From: Fibrobacterales bacterium
GTDB lineage: Bacteria > Fibrobacterota > Fibrobacteria > Fibrobacterales > JAOPTW01
Assembly: GCA_051532055.1 (NCBI GenBank)
Contig: JAOPTX010000042.1
Location: 85,730-149,729 of the forward strand
Length of the DNA stretch: 64,000 nt
Reading direction: 5' to 3'
How positions within the stretch are numbered: the stretch's first letter is position 1; each line of letters begins with the position of its first letter. Below the pieces are notes generated by a model. It searched no databases, was not told the origin of the DNA, and saw nothing but the letters and a program-made list of their open reading frames with translations. The translations under genes were made by a program, and so were the position numbers. This document shows positions 1 to 9,906 of the stretch, one piece after another.

Positions 1-2520
1 AACTCATCGTTTTTATCATTTAAAGTGAGGACTTCTTCGAGCGCTAACCATAGAGGATCTTCTTTTGGGTACCCATATTCAATTAATAGCAGTGTTACCT
101 ATTCAGTAAACAATGAAGAAAAATGGCTCGTTGAGGGTCTCGCTCAGCTTGGGGCAGAGCTTGTTGGCTTGGATCACTGGGATTCTCATCGTGCAATGCA
201 TGAACGAGTACGCTATATCAGCGATGCGATACTTCCTCTTTCGATCTTAAAAACATTTTCAGAAGACAGTCGAACTCGTGAAGGACTCTATAATCAGGGC
301 TATAGTTTCATGAGGTTTATCTATGGTACGCTCGAACGAACCCAATTTAATTTTTTGTTATTACGAGGGTCAAAAGCGGGACTTAAAAATTCTATAGCGG
401 AACATTTTAAGGTTGAGTTTTCTGAGGTTTATCAAATGTGGAAAAGGCATCTTGATAATAAGTACGCGGTTGTTGCTAAAGATTCGACTACAGTACCTAT
501 GAGTACCATTCAAGAAAATAGTCCTTATGTTGTTGAGCGTTCTCCGCTGGTAACTGAAGATGAGATGTTTTTACTCTCATCACGAGAAAACGATTATGGT
601 GAAACCTCTCTCTATAGAATGACTGAAAAAGGATATAGTCAAATAGCAAAAGGGGTAGATAGGCCTGTAATTAAACATGACAGTCTCCTCTATTATATTC
701 AAGGTGATTATAATGATTTTAAACATCACACTCTTAACCTTATGAGTTATAATCCCCAGTCAGGAGAGGTAAAGAGAATAACAGAAGATGACAGAGTTTA
801 TGCTGTGCAGCCCTGTAACGATTCTATTTACATCATTGTTCGTGAAAATGGTTATCAATACATTAAAACTCTTAGTAGCTCAAGCAGTTATACTATTCAG
901 TCGAACGACTCCATTGAATTAGTGTCATTAGCTTGTTATGAAGACACCCTTCTGGTAACTGGGGTCACCGATTTTGGGCAAAGTATTTACCACTATGATG
1001 AGTATTCAAATCAGTTGGAGCCATTTATTGATACTGATTATGATGAACGAGATCCCATAGTTCAAAATGATATACTGTACTTTTCTGCTAACTATACTGG
1101 TTCTCATCAGATTTATCAAAAGGTACTCCCCGATGGTCCCGTAATAAAACTTACTTCTGTAGTCGGAGGTGCATTTGAACCCTACATATATAATAATGAA
1201 ATCTACTTCACAGAGTATACTCATTCTGGATTTATTATTTCAAAGAGTGTTGAGTCAGCTACACCCTTTGATTATATGAAGCTAACTCGGGAACAATTAC
1301 CACTGACATCATATGGGACATCTCTAAACTCTAGAGAGAATGAACTTGCTTCCTCTACAAGTAATACTAATGGACTTCGCTATCTAGGATTCGATCTATC
1401 CCTCAGTGTAATACATGCTCCCGTTGATTCGAAAAGTAATAAAAGAAGAGGAGGCACAAAGTTTGGCGGTGGATTCGGGTTAAACTATGTAACTCCAGAT
1501 AATCAGACCGCATTATATTCATCTATTGAACTATTTTCAGGACCTCTCAATTTGACCAATAAAGATAAGCCTTTTAATTATACCAATGAACTTGATTCTA
1601 AAATGGAACTAGGATTTTCAACATCTGCATTTACCCCTTATATCAGTACTGAATTATCCATATTTAACTGGACCTACGAAGCCGCCAACAACTACCAGGA
1701 TGTTGGTGGGGTATCCACTGAAATATTTATTGCGAATAGTATTTTAAACTTTTACCTTAATTCAGAAATTCAATTGAGTAACCATTTTTCAGTATTTTCT
1801 TTTTTAGAGTATATGGGGGCAGAATACCAATGGGTTGGGTCGGAACGCTTACGAGACACGTGGACACTCTTTGCAAAAGAAACCAACATTGGATTAGGTT
1901 TAGAGTATTCTGATAAAGAGTACGGTATGTATGGCGTGAATAAAGGACTCTATTTATCATTGTCACCAAAAATATTCATTCGAGAACAGCTGGAATACGA
2001 TTCAATACTCGATCAAGATAACATGGTAAAATATGGTTATTCAGTGTATAGTGCTAAAATTAAAATGTATGGAAATATACAGAGGAAAGTACTGATCAAT
2101 GGTGCCATTACAGGCTTTGTAAATAGTGCCCATGGGTATACAGCATCTAAGCAGTCAACAAGTGCCTATGGAGAATGTTCTATGAAATTGATACCCCCTA
2201 ATTTTTCTATAGGTTCCTCGAGTGTTATTAAAAGACCCTCTATCGTTATGGAATATAGTGGCTTACTAAGAACGCAACCATCGGATTTATCACCGCAACA
2301 GGCATATAATACCACATCCATGCGTACACTTAATAGTGAAAGGAATTCTATTTTTTCACAATCAGTAGGTCATAGTAATAATGTACATACAACGGGATTG
2401 TTTCTGCTTTTAGAAAACCTTACTTTTTTCAATCTTAAAACTCAATGGAAGGGTGGTGTCGAATTTGAGTATTCAGATCACTCATGGAGTCCACAATACG
2501 TATTGAATGTTCAGTTATAA
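1..2520 (+). CDS. Secreted/outer-membrane protein: peptidase-MA-like N-terminal remnant, TolB/WD40-like beta-propeller, C-terminal beta-barrel-like region (5'-truncated by the window edge)
   Basis: Frame is open from base 1. 'KWLVEGLAQL...YNQGYSFMRFI' resembles gluzincin/peptidase MA helices; 'ERDPIV..LYFSANYTGSHQIY...LTSVVGGAFEP' is a PD40/TolB-type blade; the C-terminus is rich in alternating beta strands. Confidence 0.5.
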   Translation, partial: NSSFLSFKVRTSSSANHRGSSFGYPYSINSSVTYSVNNEEKWLVEGLAQLGAELVGLDHWDSHRAMHERVRYISDAILPLSILKTFSEDSRTREGLYNQGYSFMRFIYGTLERTQFNFLLLRGSKAGLKNSIAEHFKVEFSEVYQMWKRHLDNKYAVVAKDSTTVPMSTIQENSPYVVERSPLVTEDEMFLLSSRENDYGETSLYRMTEKGYSQIAKGVDRPVIKHDSLLYYIQGDYNDFKHHTLNLMSYNPQSGEVKRITEDDRVYAVQPCNDSIYIIVRENGYQYIKTLSSSSSYTIQSNDSIELVSLACYEDTLLVTGVTDFGQSIYHYDEYSNQLEPFIDTDYDERDPIVQNDILYFSANYTGSHQIYQKVLPDGPVIKLTSVVGGAFEPYIYNNEIYFTEYTHSGFIISKSVESATPFDYMKLTREQLPLTSYGTSLNSRENELASSTSNTNGLRYLGFDLSLSVIHAPVDSKSNKRRGGTKFGGGFGLNYVTPDNQTALYSSIELFSGPLNLTNKDKPFNYTNELDSKMELGFSTSAFTPYISTELSIFNWTYEAANNYQDVGGVSTEIFIANSILNFYLNSEIQLSNHFSVFSFLEYMGAEYQWVGSERLRDTWTLFAKETNIGLGLEYSDKEYGMYGVNKGLYLSLSPKIFIREQLEYDSILDQDNMVKYGYSVYSAKIKMYGNIQRKVLINGAITGFVNSAHGYTASKQSTSAYGECSMKLIPPNFSIGSSSVIKRPSIVMEYSGLLRTQPSDLSPQQAYNTTSMRTLNSERNSIFSQSVGHSNNVHTTGLFLLLENLTFFNLKTQWKGGVEFEYSDHSWSPQYVLNVQL

Positions 2521-2700
2521 TTGAAATAATGACTTTTAAATTAATGGGGTACCGTTGATTAGTATAATAAGGACGCTCCTTCTAGCTTCCTCATAGTAAG
2601 CTGAACTAGTTATTGTGCTGACACTTATCTAGGGCACTATGATGGAAATCACTAACGATTTTTCTATGTTTTCATCCACTCAACGCAATACGGTGGTTAC

Positions 2701-3177
2701 GTGGAAACAATTACAATTATCTTAATAGTTCTTGGTGGTATCTTCATATTAATGGAAATGGTGCTCCCTGGTGCTATTTCAATGTGTATTGGCCTCAGTT
2801 TTTTAGCTACAGCATATGTGTTTGAAACAGAGATGCTCACTGGTGTTTTTGATCTTATGATGTTTTGGAGTGCTGCTTCTATAGTATCGAGTTTGATAGG
2901 GGCATCCATAGCGCGGTTTTTATTCAAAGGAGAGACTTCCAGTCCAGAATTTGTCGATACACTTGATAGTATTGGTGAAGGGGCTATGGTATCAGAATCT
3001 ATAGATGCAACATCTGGAAGGATACTCTATCAAGGAACATGGTGGGATGCTTTTTCTAAAGGGGAGACTATTCCAAAAGATACTGAGGTCACTATACTTG
3101 AACGAGTTGATAAAAAATTTCTTGTATCACTTACAAATTCAAATTCAAATTCAAAAACTAATGAACAATCAAACTAA
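2701..3177 (+). CDS. NfeD family membrane protein (short form, C-terminal OB fold)
   Basis: Hydrophobic N-terminus 'LMEMVLPG', then 'GRILYQGTWWDAFS..TIPKDTEVTILERVD'; lies directly upstream of SPFH genes, the classic pairing. Confidence 0.85.
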   Translation: METITIILIVLGGIFILMEMVLPGAISMCIGLSFLATAYVFETEMLTGVFDLMMFWSAASIVSSLIGASIARFLFKGETSSPEFVDTLDSIGEGAMVSESIDATSGRILYQGTWWDAFSKGETIPKDTEVTILERVDKKFLVSLTNSNSNSKTNEQSN

Positions 3178-3192
3178 AGGAGAAACAAATCT

Positions 3193-4113
3193 ATGTGGAT
3201 TACACTAGCAGTAATCGCAATTGTGTTACTGATTATCATAAATAAAATGGTACTCATTGTTACAATGCGAGAAGAAGTTATTAAAGAAAGAATGGGTAAA
3301 TATGTGGGAACCCTAAAACCAGGCTTACATTTTCTTTTACCATTCATTGATAATGCAGCCTATCACCGAGAAATGAGAGAACGAGTGCTTGATGTTCCAA
3401 GTCAATCATGTATCACCAGTGACAACATTACTGTTGAAGTAGATGGTCTCATTTACATAAAAGTAATGGATAGCTACAAAGCAAGTTATGGTATTGGCAA
3501 TTATAAAAATGCAGCGGTTAACCTTGCTCAAACAACGATGCGCTCTGAAATTGGGAAAATGACCCTTGATGACACCTTTTCTGAAAGAGACTCTCTGAAT
3601 GAAAAAATTGTTGCAGAAATTGACAGAGCATCAGACAGTTGGGGAATTAAAGTACTCCGTTACGAACTTAAGAATATTAGCCCATCACGTTCAGTTCAAG
3701 ATACCATGGAAAAACAAATGGAAGCTGAACGTCAAAAAAGAGCGGAAATCACTCTTTCAATGGCCGAAAAAGAGTCAAAGATTATGGAGTCAGAAGGTCA
3801 GAAAATAAATTCTATTAATCTTTCTGAAGGCACCAAACAGACACGCATCAATGAAGCAGAAGGTAAAGCTGAAGCCATTAAGCTTATTGCTGAATCTACC
3901 GCAAAAGGTATTCGAATGGTGAGTGAAGCAATTAATAAACCTGGGGGACAGCTCGCGGTACAAGCGGAACTAGTTGAACAGTACATTACCGAGTATGGTA
4001 AAATAATCGACAATTCTAACATCACGGTTATGCCTGATGGATTAGCGAACTTGAATAGCGTGTTTAAAATCATGAATGATGCCAAAGGTATTTCACTCGG
4101 AGAGGTACGATAA
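3193..4113 (+). CDS. SPFH/band 7 (stomatin/slipin, QmcA-like) protein
   Basis: 'ERMGKY..TLKPGLHFLLPFID', 'SQSCITSDNITVEVDG', 'LAQTTMRSEIGKMTLD', 'MEKQMEAERQKRA'; RBS AAGGAG upstream. Confidence 0.93.
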   Translation: MWITLAVIAIVLLIIINKMVLIVTMREEVIKERMGKYVGTLKPGLHFLLPFIDNAAYHREMRERVLDVPSQSCITSDNITVEVDGLIYIKVMDSYKASYGIGNYKNAAVNLAQTTMRSEIGKMTLDDTFSERDSLNEKIVAEIDRASDSWGIKVLRYELKNISPSRSVQDTMEKQMEAERQKRAEITLSMAEKESKIMESEGQKINSINLSEGTKQTRINEAEGKAEAIKLIAESTAKGIRMVSEAINKPGGQLAVQAELVEQYITEYGKIIDNSNITVMPDGLANLNSVFKIMNDAKGISLGEVR

Positions 4114-5048
4114 TGAGTCAAGCAATGAACATAGCCGAAATGGCATCTCAAGGTATATTGGCAATCTTAGGATTTACCATCCTATACAAATTAATCATCT
4201 CTATTCAGATGGTTCCTACACAAACAGCGCTTATTGTCGAAAGACTCGGCAATTATCATATGACGCTCCAACCGGGTTTTCATATTTTGGTCCCATGGTT
4301 TGATAAGGTTGCATTTAAACTAGACTTACGTGAACAAACCAATGTTGTAGAGCCTCAAGAATGTTTTACTAGAGATAATGTATTAGTCGAAGTAGATGGC
4401 GTGATCTATATCTCTGTAGTTGATGCAGAAAAAGCAAGTTACGGAATAACTGATTACAGATCGGCTGCTATTCAATTGGCGCAAACAACCACCAGAGCAA
4501 TTATCGGTACTATTGAACTTGATAAAACCTTTGAAGAACGTGAGCTCATTAGTGCACGGGTAGTAGAAGTATTAAGTGAAGTGGCTGAGGCATGGGGTAT
4601 ACGGGTACACCGTTACGAAGTAAAGAACATCGTTCCTCCTGAATCGGTTAAAAATGCAATGGAAAAGCAGATGACAGCTGAACGCGATAAACGAGCAATT
4701 CTGGCTCGTGCTGAAGGGGTCCGTCAGGCAAACATTAATGAATCTGAAGGGGTGAAAAATGAGATGATTAACCTTTCTGAGGGGATACGTCAAAAGAGCA
4801 TCAATGAAGCTCAAGGACGTGCACGAGAGATTCTTTCTATTGCAGAGGCGACCGCATCATCGATCAATAAAGTTGCCCTTGCTATAACCGAGTCAAACGG
4901 TGAGGAAGCAATCAATATGCGTTTGGCACAACAGTATCTTGATAAATTTTCACTATTGGCTGATGATCAAACCAATGTGGTGATACCACTCAATGTAAAT
5001 AGTTTTGAAGAAGTCCTCCAAGGGATTAAGAAAAGTACTTCTATTTAA
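4113..5048 (+). CDS. SPFH/band 7 protein, second paralog
   Basis: 'VERLGNY..TLQPGFHILVPWFD', 'QECFTRDNVLVEVDG', 'MEKQMTAERDKRA'; stop/start overlap TAATG with the first paralog. Confidence 0.93.
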   Translation: MSQAMNIAEMASQGILAILGFTILYKLIISIQMVPTQTALIVERLGNYHMTLQPGFHILVPWFDKVAFKLDLREQTNVVEPQECFTRDNVLVEVDGVIYISVVDAEKASYGITDYRSAAIQLAQTTTRAIIGTIELDKTFEERELISARVVEVLSEVAEAWGIRVHRYEVKNIVPPESVKNAMEKQMTAERDKRAILARAEGVRQANINESEGVKNEMINLSEGIRQKSINEAQGRAREILSIAEATASSINKVALAITESNGEEAINMRLAQQYLDKFSLLADDQTNVVIPLNVNSFEEVLQGIKKSTSI

Positions 5049-5076
5049 AAGAGAGTATTCAAAGAAATAAGAGAAT

Positions 5077-5114
5077 AAAAAAAGGCACCTGAGTAAGTAC
5101 TCAGGTGCCTTTTT
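5077..5114. terminator. Bidirectional rho-independent terminator
   Basis: AAAAAAAGGCACCTGAGT-aagt-ACTCAGGTGCCTTTTT between convergent genes, with A and T runs on either side. Confidence 0.9.
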
Positions 5115-5148
5115 AATTTGATTTTGGAATGCTAAGATCATAACCTTT

Positions 5149-6312
5149 CTATTCGGTTTCAAGCTCTTCATCATCGGTATACGGTTCAGACCTTCTACCA
5201 GTGATAGAAAGTACTTTACCCACTATAAGTCCCGTAATTGAGGCTATTACTCCAGTAATTACAATACCCATTATTTGTATACCACCATCAATACCATCAA
5301 CAACAGCTATTGCGATAAGTCCACCAAAGAGGCCCGGTAGACCATGGAGGTGTAACACACCACACGTATCAACTTTCTTAACAAGTGCTTGGTTTTTAGA
5401 CTGTATGATTGCAAATCCAATGGTAGAAATGACACCAGCCATAAGGCCAATACCAAATGCATATATTGGAGGTACTTTGTCACAGGTCGAACCAATAGCA
5501 ACACCACCAGCAAGCGCAGCATTCGCAATGTCTGCGACAGAAACTTTACCGCGGAGTTTAAGTGAAGCAAAATAAGTGGCGAGGGTAGAACCACAAAGAG
5601 CAAGGATAACGTTAACAACAGTATTGGGAACATCTTTTGGCGCTACAAGAGCTGCACAAAATGATGGCCAAAATACCCAGAGGATCATACTTCCCAAAAG
5701 AGAGAAACGGTCACTGGTGTCATCAGATTCAATAGGAGTTTCATACTCTTTACTCGTTGTCATTGAATATGCGACACCAAGCCCGAATAGAGCACCAAAT
5801 GCGTGGATGACAATTGAACCACCAGTATCTACAAAACTTCCGACCGGTATAAGTCCGAGTCCGCCAGACACAAGTAACCACTCATTAAAAGCATAACACG
5901 GTATAAACAATATGCCTAATAAGAGGTATTGGTAAATTTTTACTCTTCCCAGGACTGCACCTGCACAGATAAGAAGACTCGCTGCTGCAAATTCAGCGAG
6001 TATTAATCCATCTATATGAGATGTTGGCTCACCAAGTATTCCTAAATTGTCTTTTAGAAAGTAAAAGGGGATAGCGACACTTACGAGCATATAGGTAGCG
6101 GTGATAGCAGTCCGTCCATATTTTTTAACAAATACCATCAGAAAGCCAAAGCCTACTAAGAGCATTGCCATAATATGAATGGCGCGAGAATATTTTTGAA
6201 CCTCAATAACTGAGGCAAGATCATTTCCAGGGCCAACGTCTGAGCCAAAAGAGAGCCCTGCCATTGCTAAAATAAAAATAACAGCCGTTACTATGTACTT
6301 GGGTGTTTGCAT
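5149..6312 (-). CDS. Ammonium transporter family, Rh (Rh50)-type channel
   Basis: 'HIMAMLLVGFGFLMVF', 'DTGGSIVIHAFGALFG', 'LWVFWPSFCAAL', 'DTCGVLHLHGLPG' are Rh-type motifs and include the twin His. Confidence 0.88.
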   Translation of the reverse strand: MQTPKYIVTAVIFILAMAGLSFGSDVGPGNDLASVIEVQKYSRAIHIMAMLLVGFGFLMVFVKKYGRTAITATYMLVSVAIPFYFLKDNLGILGEPTSHIDGLILAEFAAASLLICAGAVLGRVKIYQYLLLGILFIPCYAFNEWLLVSGGLGLIPVGSFVDTGGSIVIHAFGALFGLGVAYSMTTSKEYETPIESDDTSDRFSLLGSMILWVFWPSFCAALVAPKDVPNTVVNVILALCGSTLATYFASLKLRGKVSVADIANAALAGGVAIGSTCDKVPPIYAFGIGLMAGVISTIGFAIIQSKNQALVKKVDTCGVLHLHGLPGLFGGLIAIAVVDGIDGGIQIMGIVITGVIASITGLIVGKVLSITGRRSEPYTDDEELETE

Positions 6313-6553
6313 TAATAAATCCTTTATGATTACGGTACAGCTCCGAATAATTTAGTGAATTCAGGGCTTAATTATTAAATACATAAATGTAATTTTGTAT
6401 ATTAAACACCTAAATATTACATGTATGTAAGATTATAAGCGTTAAATTTAAGAATTTTGATGACTATTTGGGTGACCGAAGGCTAAAAACCTAAATAGGG
6501 GTACATTCAGTTCTAATCGTTCGACGAATAATTAGATGATAATGATAATCTAT

Positions 6554-7561
6554 TTACTCGTTTACAATAATTTTATCGTCCTCTACACAATAATCTTTTT
6601 CAGCGCAGTCAGCAGTGCATTCTTCAAAACCATCGTCGCCTGTATGGCAAACACTCGGTACACACTGTTCTTTACACCAACTGGGACAGTCAAATCCGAA
6701 AGCACTACATGCTGTTTCACAAAGCCCTGGCTGCTGACACCCATACTCATCTAACCCCTGTGGGATGACCACACCGTCATCACACCAATCTTCAGGAGGC
6801 GCTGAATACTGAGGACATGCAATTTCAACCGGTTTGAGAGATTCTATGGTAATTTCCATAATGCCATCCACTTCTACTCTAGTATCAAACTTCCATTGAA
6901 TGCTCTTAGGATAAAAATACTGAGTATCATACGAGATCAATATGGTGTCTATATAGTATTTATGAGAATTATCAAACTCTTCTATAAGTTGCTTGTACAG
7001 TGAATCAATATTTGAATTCCAATAATCATAGCCCTTCTGATTGCTATTAATTCCTTCATCTAAGTATATGATTGTGGTGTCATTCTTGAGTACATGTTGA
7101 ACGATTGTATTACCCATGTCGTAAATAGTCCATTTTGTTTCATAGGTCAATGGCTCAGCTTCTAAAAATTTTCGATGCATTTCTTTAAGTTTTTCAATGT
7201 CGAAAATCACGGTATCTTGAGGTACACTGTTACTACTGCTCACACTTAAGTCTTCAGAACTACAAGCGTTACCACAATTATTTATAGAGCTGGAGGACAT
7301 GTTACTCGATCTATTTTTGGAGTGTATGTCGAAACTCTCTCCTGAGCTATCATTGGAGCTTTCAACAGTAATTTCTACGGAACTGTCGTAGTCAATATCA
7401 CTAGAGTTGTCTTCAACAATAATCTCGGTTTGTTGATAGGAGCTTTCTGTTGCTTGGTCACTAGATGATTGTACCATAGACTCTGATTGATCTTCGGCTG
7501 TTGTGAGACAGCCTTGAATCAAGCATGAAAAAGTAAGAGTAATTAAGAGTTTGTATAACAT
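6554..7561 (-). CDS. Lipoprotein: Ser-rich linker, DUF6174-like domain, Cys-rich C-terminal module
   Basis: Lipobox-like 'LIQGC'; Ser-rich tract; 'IDSLYKQL...SYDTQYFYPKSI'; 12 Cys in the last ~90 aa. Confidence 0.6.
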   Translation of the reverse strand: MLYKLLITLTFSCLIQGCLTTAEDQSESMVQSSSDQATESSYQQTEIIVEDNSSDIDYDSSVEITVESSNDSSGESFDIHSKNRSSNMSSSSINNCGNACSSEDLSVSSSNSVPQDTVIFDIEKLKEMHRKFLEAEPLTYETKWTIYDMGNTIVQHVLKNDTTIIYLDEGINSNQKGYDYWNSNIDSLYKQLIEEFDNSHKYYIDTILISYDTQYFYPKSIQWKFDTRVEVDGIMEITIESLKPVEIACPQYSAPPEDWCDDGVVIPQGLDEYGCQQPGLCETACSAFGFDCPSWCKEQCVPSVCHTGDDGFEECTADCAEKDYCVEDDKIIVNE

Positions 7562-7845
7562 AGAGGCTCCATAGTAATTACTCTAAATATATAACGTTAC
7601 TGTAAATGTGTTTACTTAATACACATACAGCGTGATTAAAGCGCTCTCACGCTGGGAGCGGTTTAATCTCGTAGAATATATGCCATATTTTTAATAATTG
7701 ATACTCTATAAACACTTTCTTAAACACATATGACTTTGGATCGATACTGAAATGTTGCCGATAGTTCATATTTAACCCAAATCTATTAGATTTAATCGAC
7801 CATCACATACCATTAACTATAAACTTCAATTATTAGGGAAAATAA

Positions 7846-9750
7846 ATGAAAAATGTGATCTCAAATTTTAGCCTTCAGAGCCTGGGTAAGAGCACTATGG
7901 TTCTCTTTTTAGTTTTAAATACAGCTATTTTTGCATTTGACGCTTCCTATGCATTAACGGCCTCTGATACGGTACCTTCAAGCTCTGATATCTTTCGCTG
8001 GGGTACCAATCCTGGTTGGGTGCAAGGCTGGTCAGATCAGCAGCGAGCAGATCTTATAGCAGGGAATGCTGAAACAGGTATTCCCGGAACAGGAGCCAAT
8101 AGCCTTAGGGGCTCTTTACCCCATCACTTCATAGAAAAATGGGGGATAGCCATCAACCATGATGATTATGAATACTATAACAATCGTGGGTTAGATCAAT
8201 TTACTCTCTTTGTAGGTGGTGTTGCTGAAGAGTATCGTGAAGAGGTTAATCATTGTGATGGTCAGCAGTCAAAAATGTGGAAGAATATGTATGCCCCAAT
8301 CTGGGACGAAGGCCAAAACGGTACATTGGTCAATGACACGAATTATTTTGCACGCTATATCTATGATGTCGCAGAAACGTATGGCTCATATATAAAATAT
8401 TGGGAGATAATCAATGAGCCTGATTACACATCTTCAGATGCTGGTTGGGGGAGCATTACAGATGATCACAACTGGTATAATAGTAACCCGGATCCCTGCG
8501 ATCTCCCCAATATTCTCGCACCAATTTCATATTACAATCGAGCCCTCCATATAGCCTATGAGGTAATAAAGTCAAAAGATGAAACTGATTATGTGTGCCT
8601 TGGTGGAATAGGATATGTTAATTTTATGGATGCACTGCTTAGAAATAGTGAAAATCCTGTTGATGGATCAATAACTGACGTGTATAGTAGTCGAGGTGGA
8701 GATTGGTTTGATTGTGTGAGCTTTCATAAATACCCCATGTACACTCTTTCGCAGTGGGAGAACGGCGGGCGAACCTATTTTCGTCACTCCGATGCTGCGA
8801 TTACAGTCATAGATGAAACAACAAGTGCTTTCAGAAATCAACTCAAGGAGTACGGGTATGATGGTAACACCTACCCAGAAAAACGCTTGATTATCACTGA
8901 AACAAATATACCACGGGTAGCTACAGGTGATCTTATTGGTTCTGATAGTGCACAATATAATTATTTAAGTAAACTCTTTATCAAAGCACAAACTATGGGT
9001 CTCGATCAAGTTCATACCTACGCCCTTTTCGATACTAAAAATTCCGACACAGTTACTGATCCTTATAGTGTAATGGGGTTTTATAATTCCCTTATTGATG
9101 TTCCCTATGGAAAGCAGACAGAAACCAATGCTGCAGTAGCATTAAGAACCGTATCCCTTTTTCTTAATGGATTTAGGTATGACAGTACATTGACCCACCG
9201 ATTAAAACTCAATGAAACCATTGATGGAGGAGCCTTTACAAAAGAGGAGACGAGTGTTGTTGCGCTATGGGCCAAAACCGATACTGATATGAGTGAAAAA
9301 TCAGAAGCAGAATATCTATTTCCAGATGATTTTAATGAATCTAAAAATGCAATTCTGGTTGAATGGGATTATGCATTAACAGGATTAACTCATACTTTAA
9401 ATTTGAAGAATAGTGTTACACTCCATGGTTCAGTCCAATTGTTTCAATTGTTAATGCCTGATTCTAAAAGTGATCCATCAACTCAAACGACCACGATTCC
9501 TCTCATTGTAAATGGCGGCCAAAGTAGTGAACCACAAAGGGAGTCATCAAGCCATTCATTCGCGCCCAATACCGACTCCATCACATCTCCAATAGGTAAG
9601 TTGTTTTATAATAAGAAGTTACATTATAAAGTTATAGGCTCACATGAACTGATTCCAGAATCAGCGGTAGCAGTGTACACCCTTTTAGGGGTGAAATTAA
9701 ACGATGTACCCAAAGCGCGCGCTATGCCCGTTGTAGTTTTGTACCCTTAA
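7846..9750 (+). CDS. Secreted clan GH-A glycoside hydrolase (GH5/GH39-like)
   Basis: Signal peptide; 'YWEIINEPD' (acid/base), 'FDCVSFHKYP', 'LIITETN' (nucleophile). Confidence 0.75.
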   Translation: MKNVISNFSLQSLGKSTMVLFLVLNTAIFAFDASYALTASDTVPSSSDIFRWGTNPGWVQGWSDQQRADLIAGNAETGIPGTGANSLRGSLPHHFIEKWGIAINHDDYEYYNNRGLDQFTLFVGGVAEEYREEVNHCDGQQSKMWKNMYAPIWDEGQNGTLVNDTNYFARYIYDVAETYGSYIKYWEIINEPDYTSSDAGWGSITDDHNWYNSNPDPCDLPNILAPISYYNRALHIAYEVIKSKDETDYVCLGGIGYVNFMDALLRNSENPVDGSITDVYSSRGGDWFDCVSFHKYPMYTLSQWENGGRTYFRHSDAAITVIDETTSAFRNQLKEYGYDGNTYPEKRLIITETNIPRVATGDLIGSDSAQYNYLSKLFIKAQTMGLDQVHTYALFDTKNSDTVTDPYSVMGFYNSLIDVPYGKQTETNAAVALRTVSLFLNGFRYDSTLTHRLKLNETIDGGAFTKEETSVVALWAKTDTDMSEKSEAEYLFPDDFNESKNAILVEWDYALTGLTHTLNLKNSVTLHGSVQLFQLLMPDSKSDPSTQTTTIPLIVNGGQSSEPQRESSSHSFAPNTDSITSPIGKLFYNKKLHYKVIGSHELIPESAVAVYTLLGVKLNDVPKARAMPVVVLYP

Positions 9751-9906
9751 ATTACTTTTAAACGAGCCAGTAATACAATGCCGCTTTTTATGAACTAAAT
9801 GGAAACAGAATGTGCATATGATTGAGGCAGTGCCATTATTCATTTACTGTTATTTGGCCTATCTCTTCATATGTTTAATCCATAAAATAATTAATCGGGA
9901 ATTATT

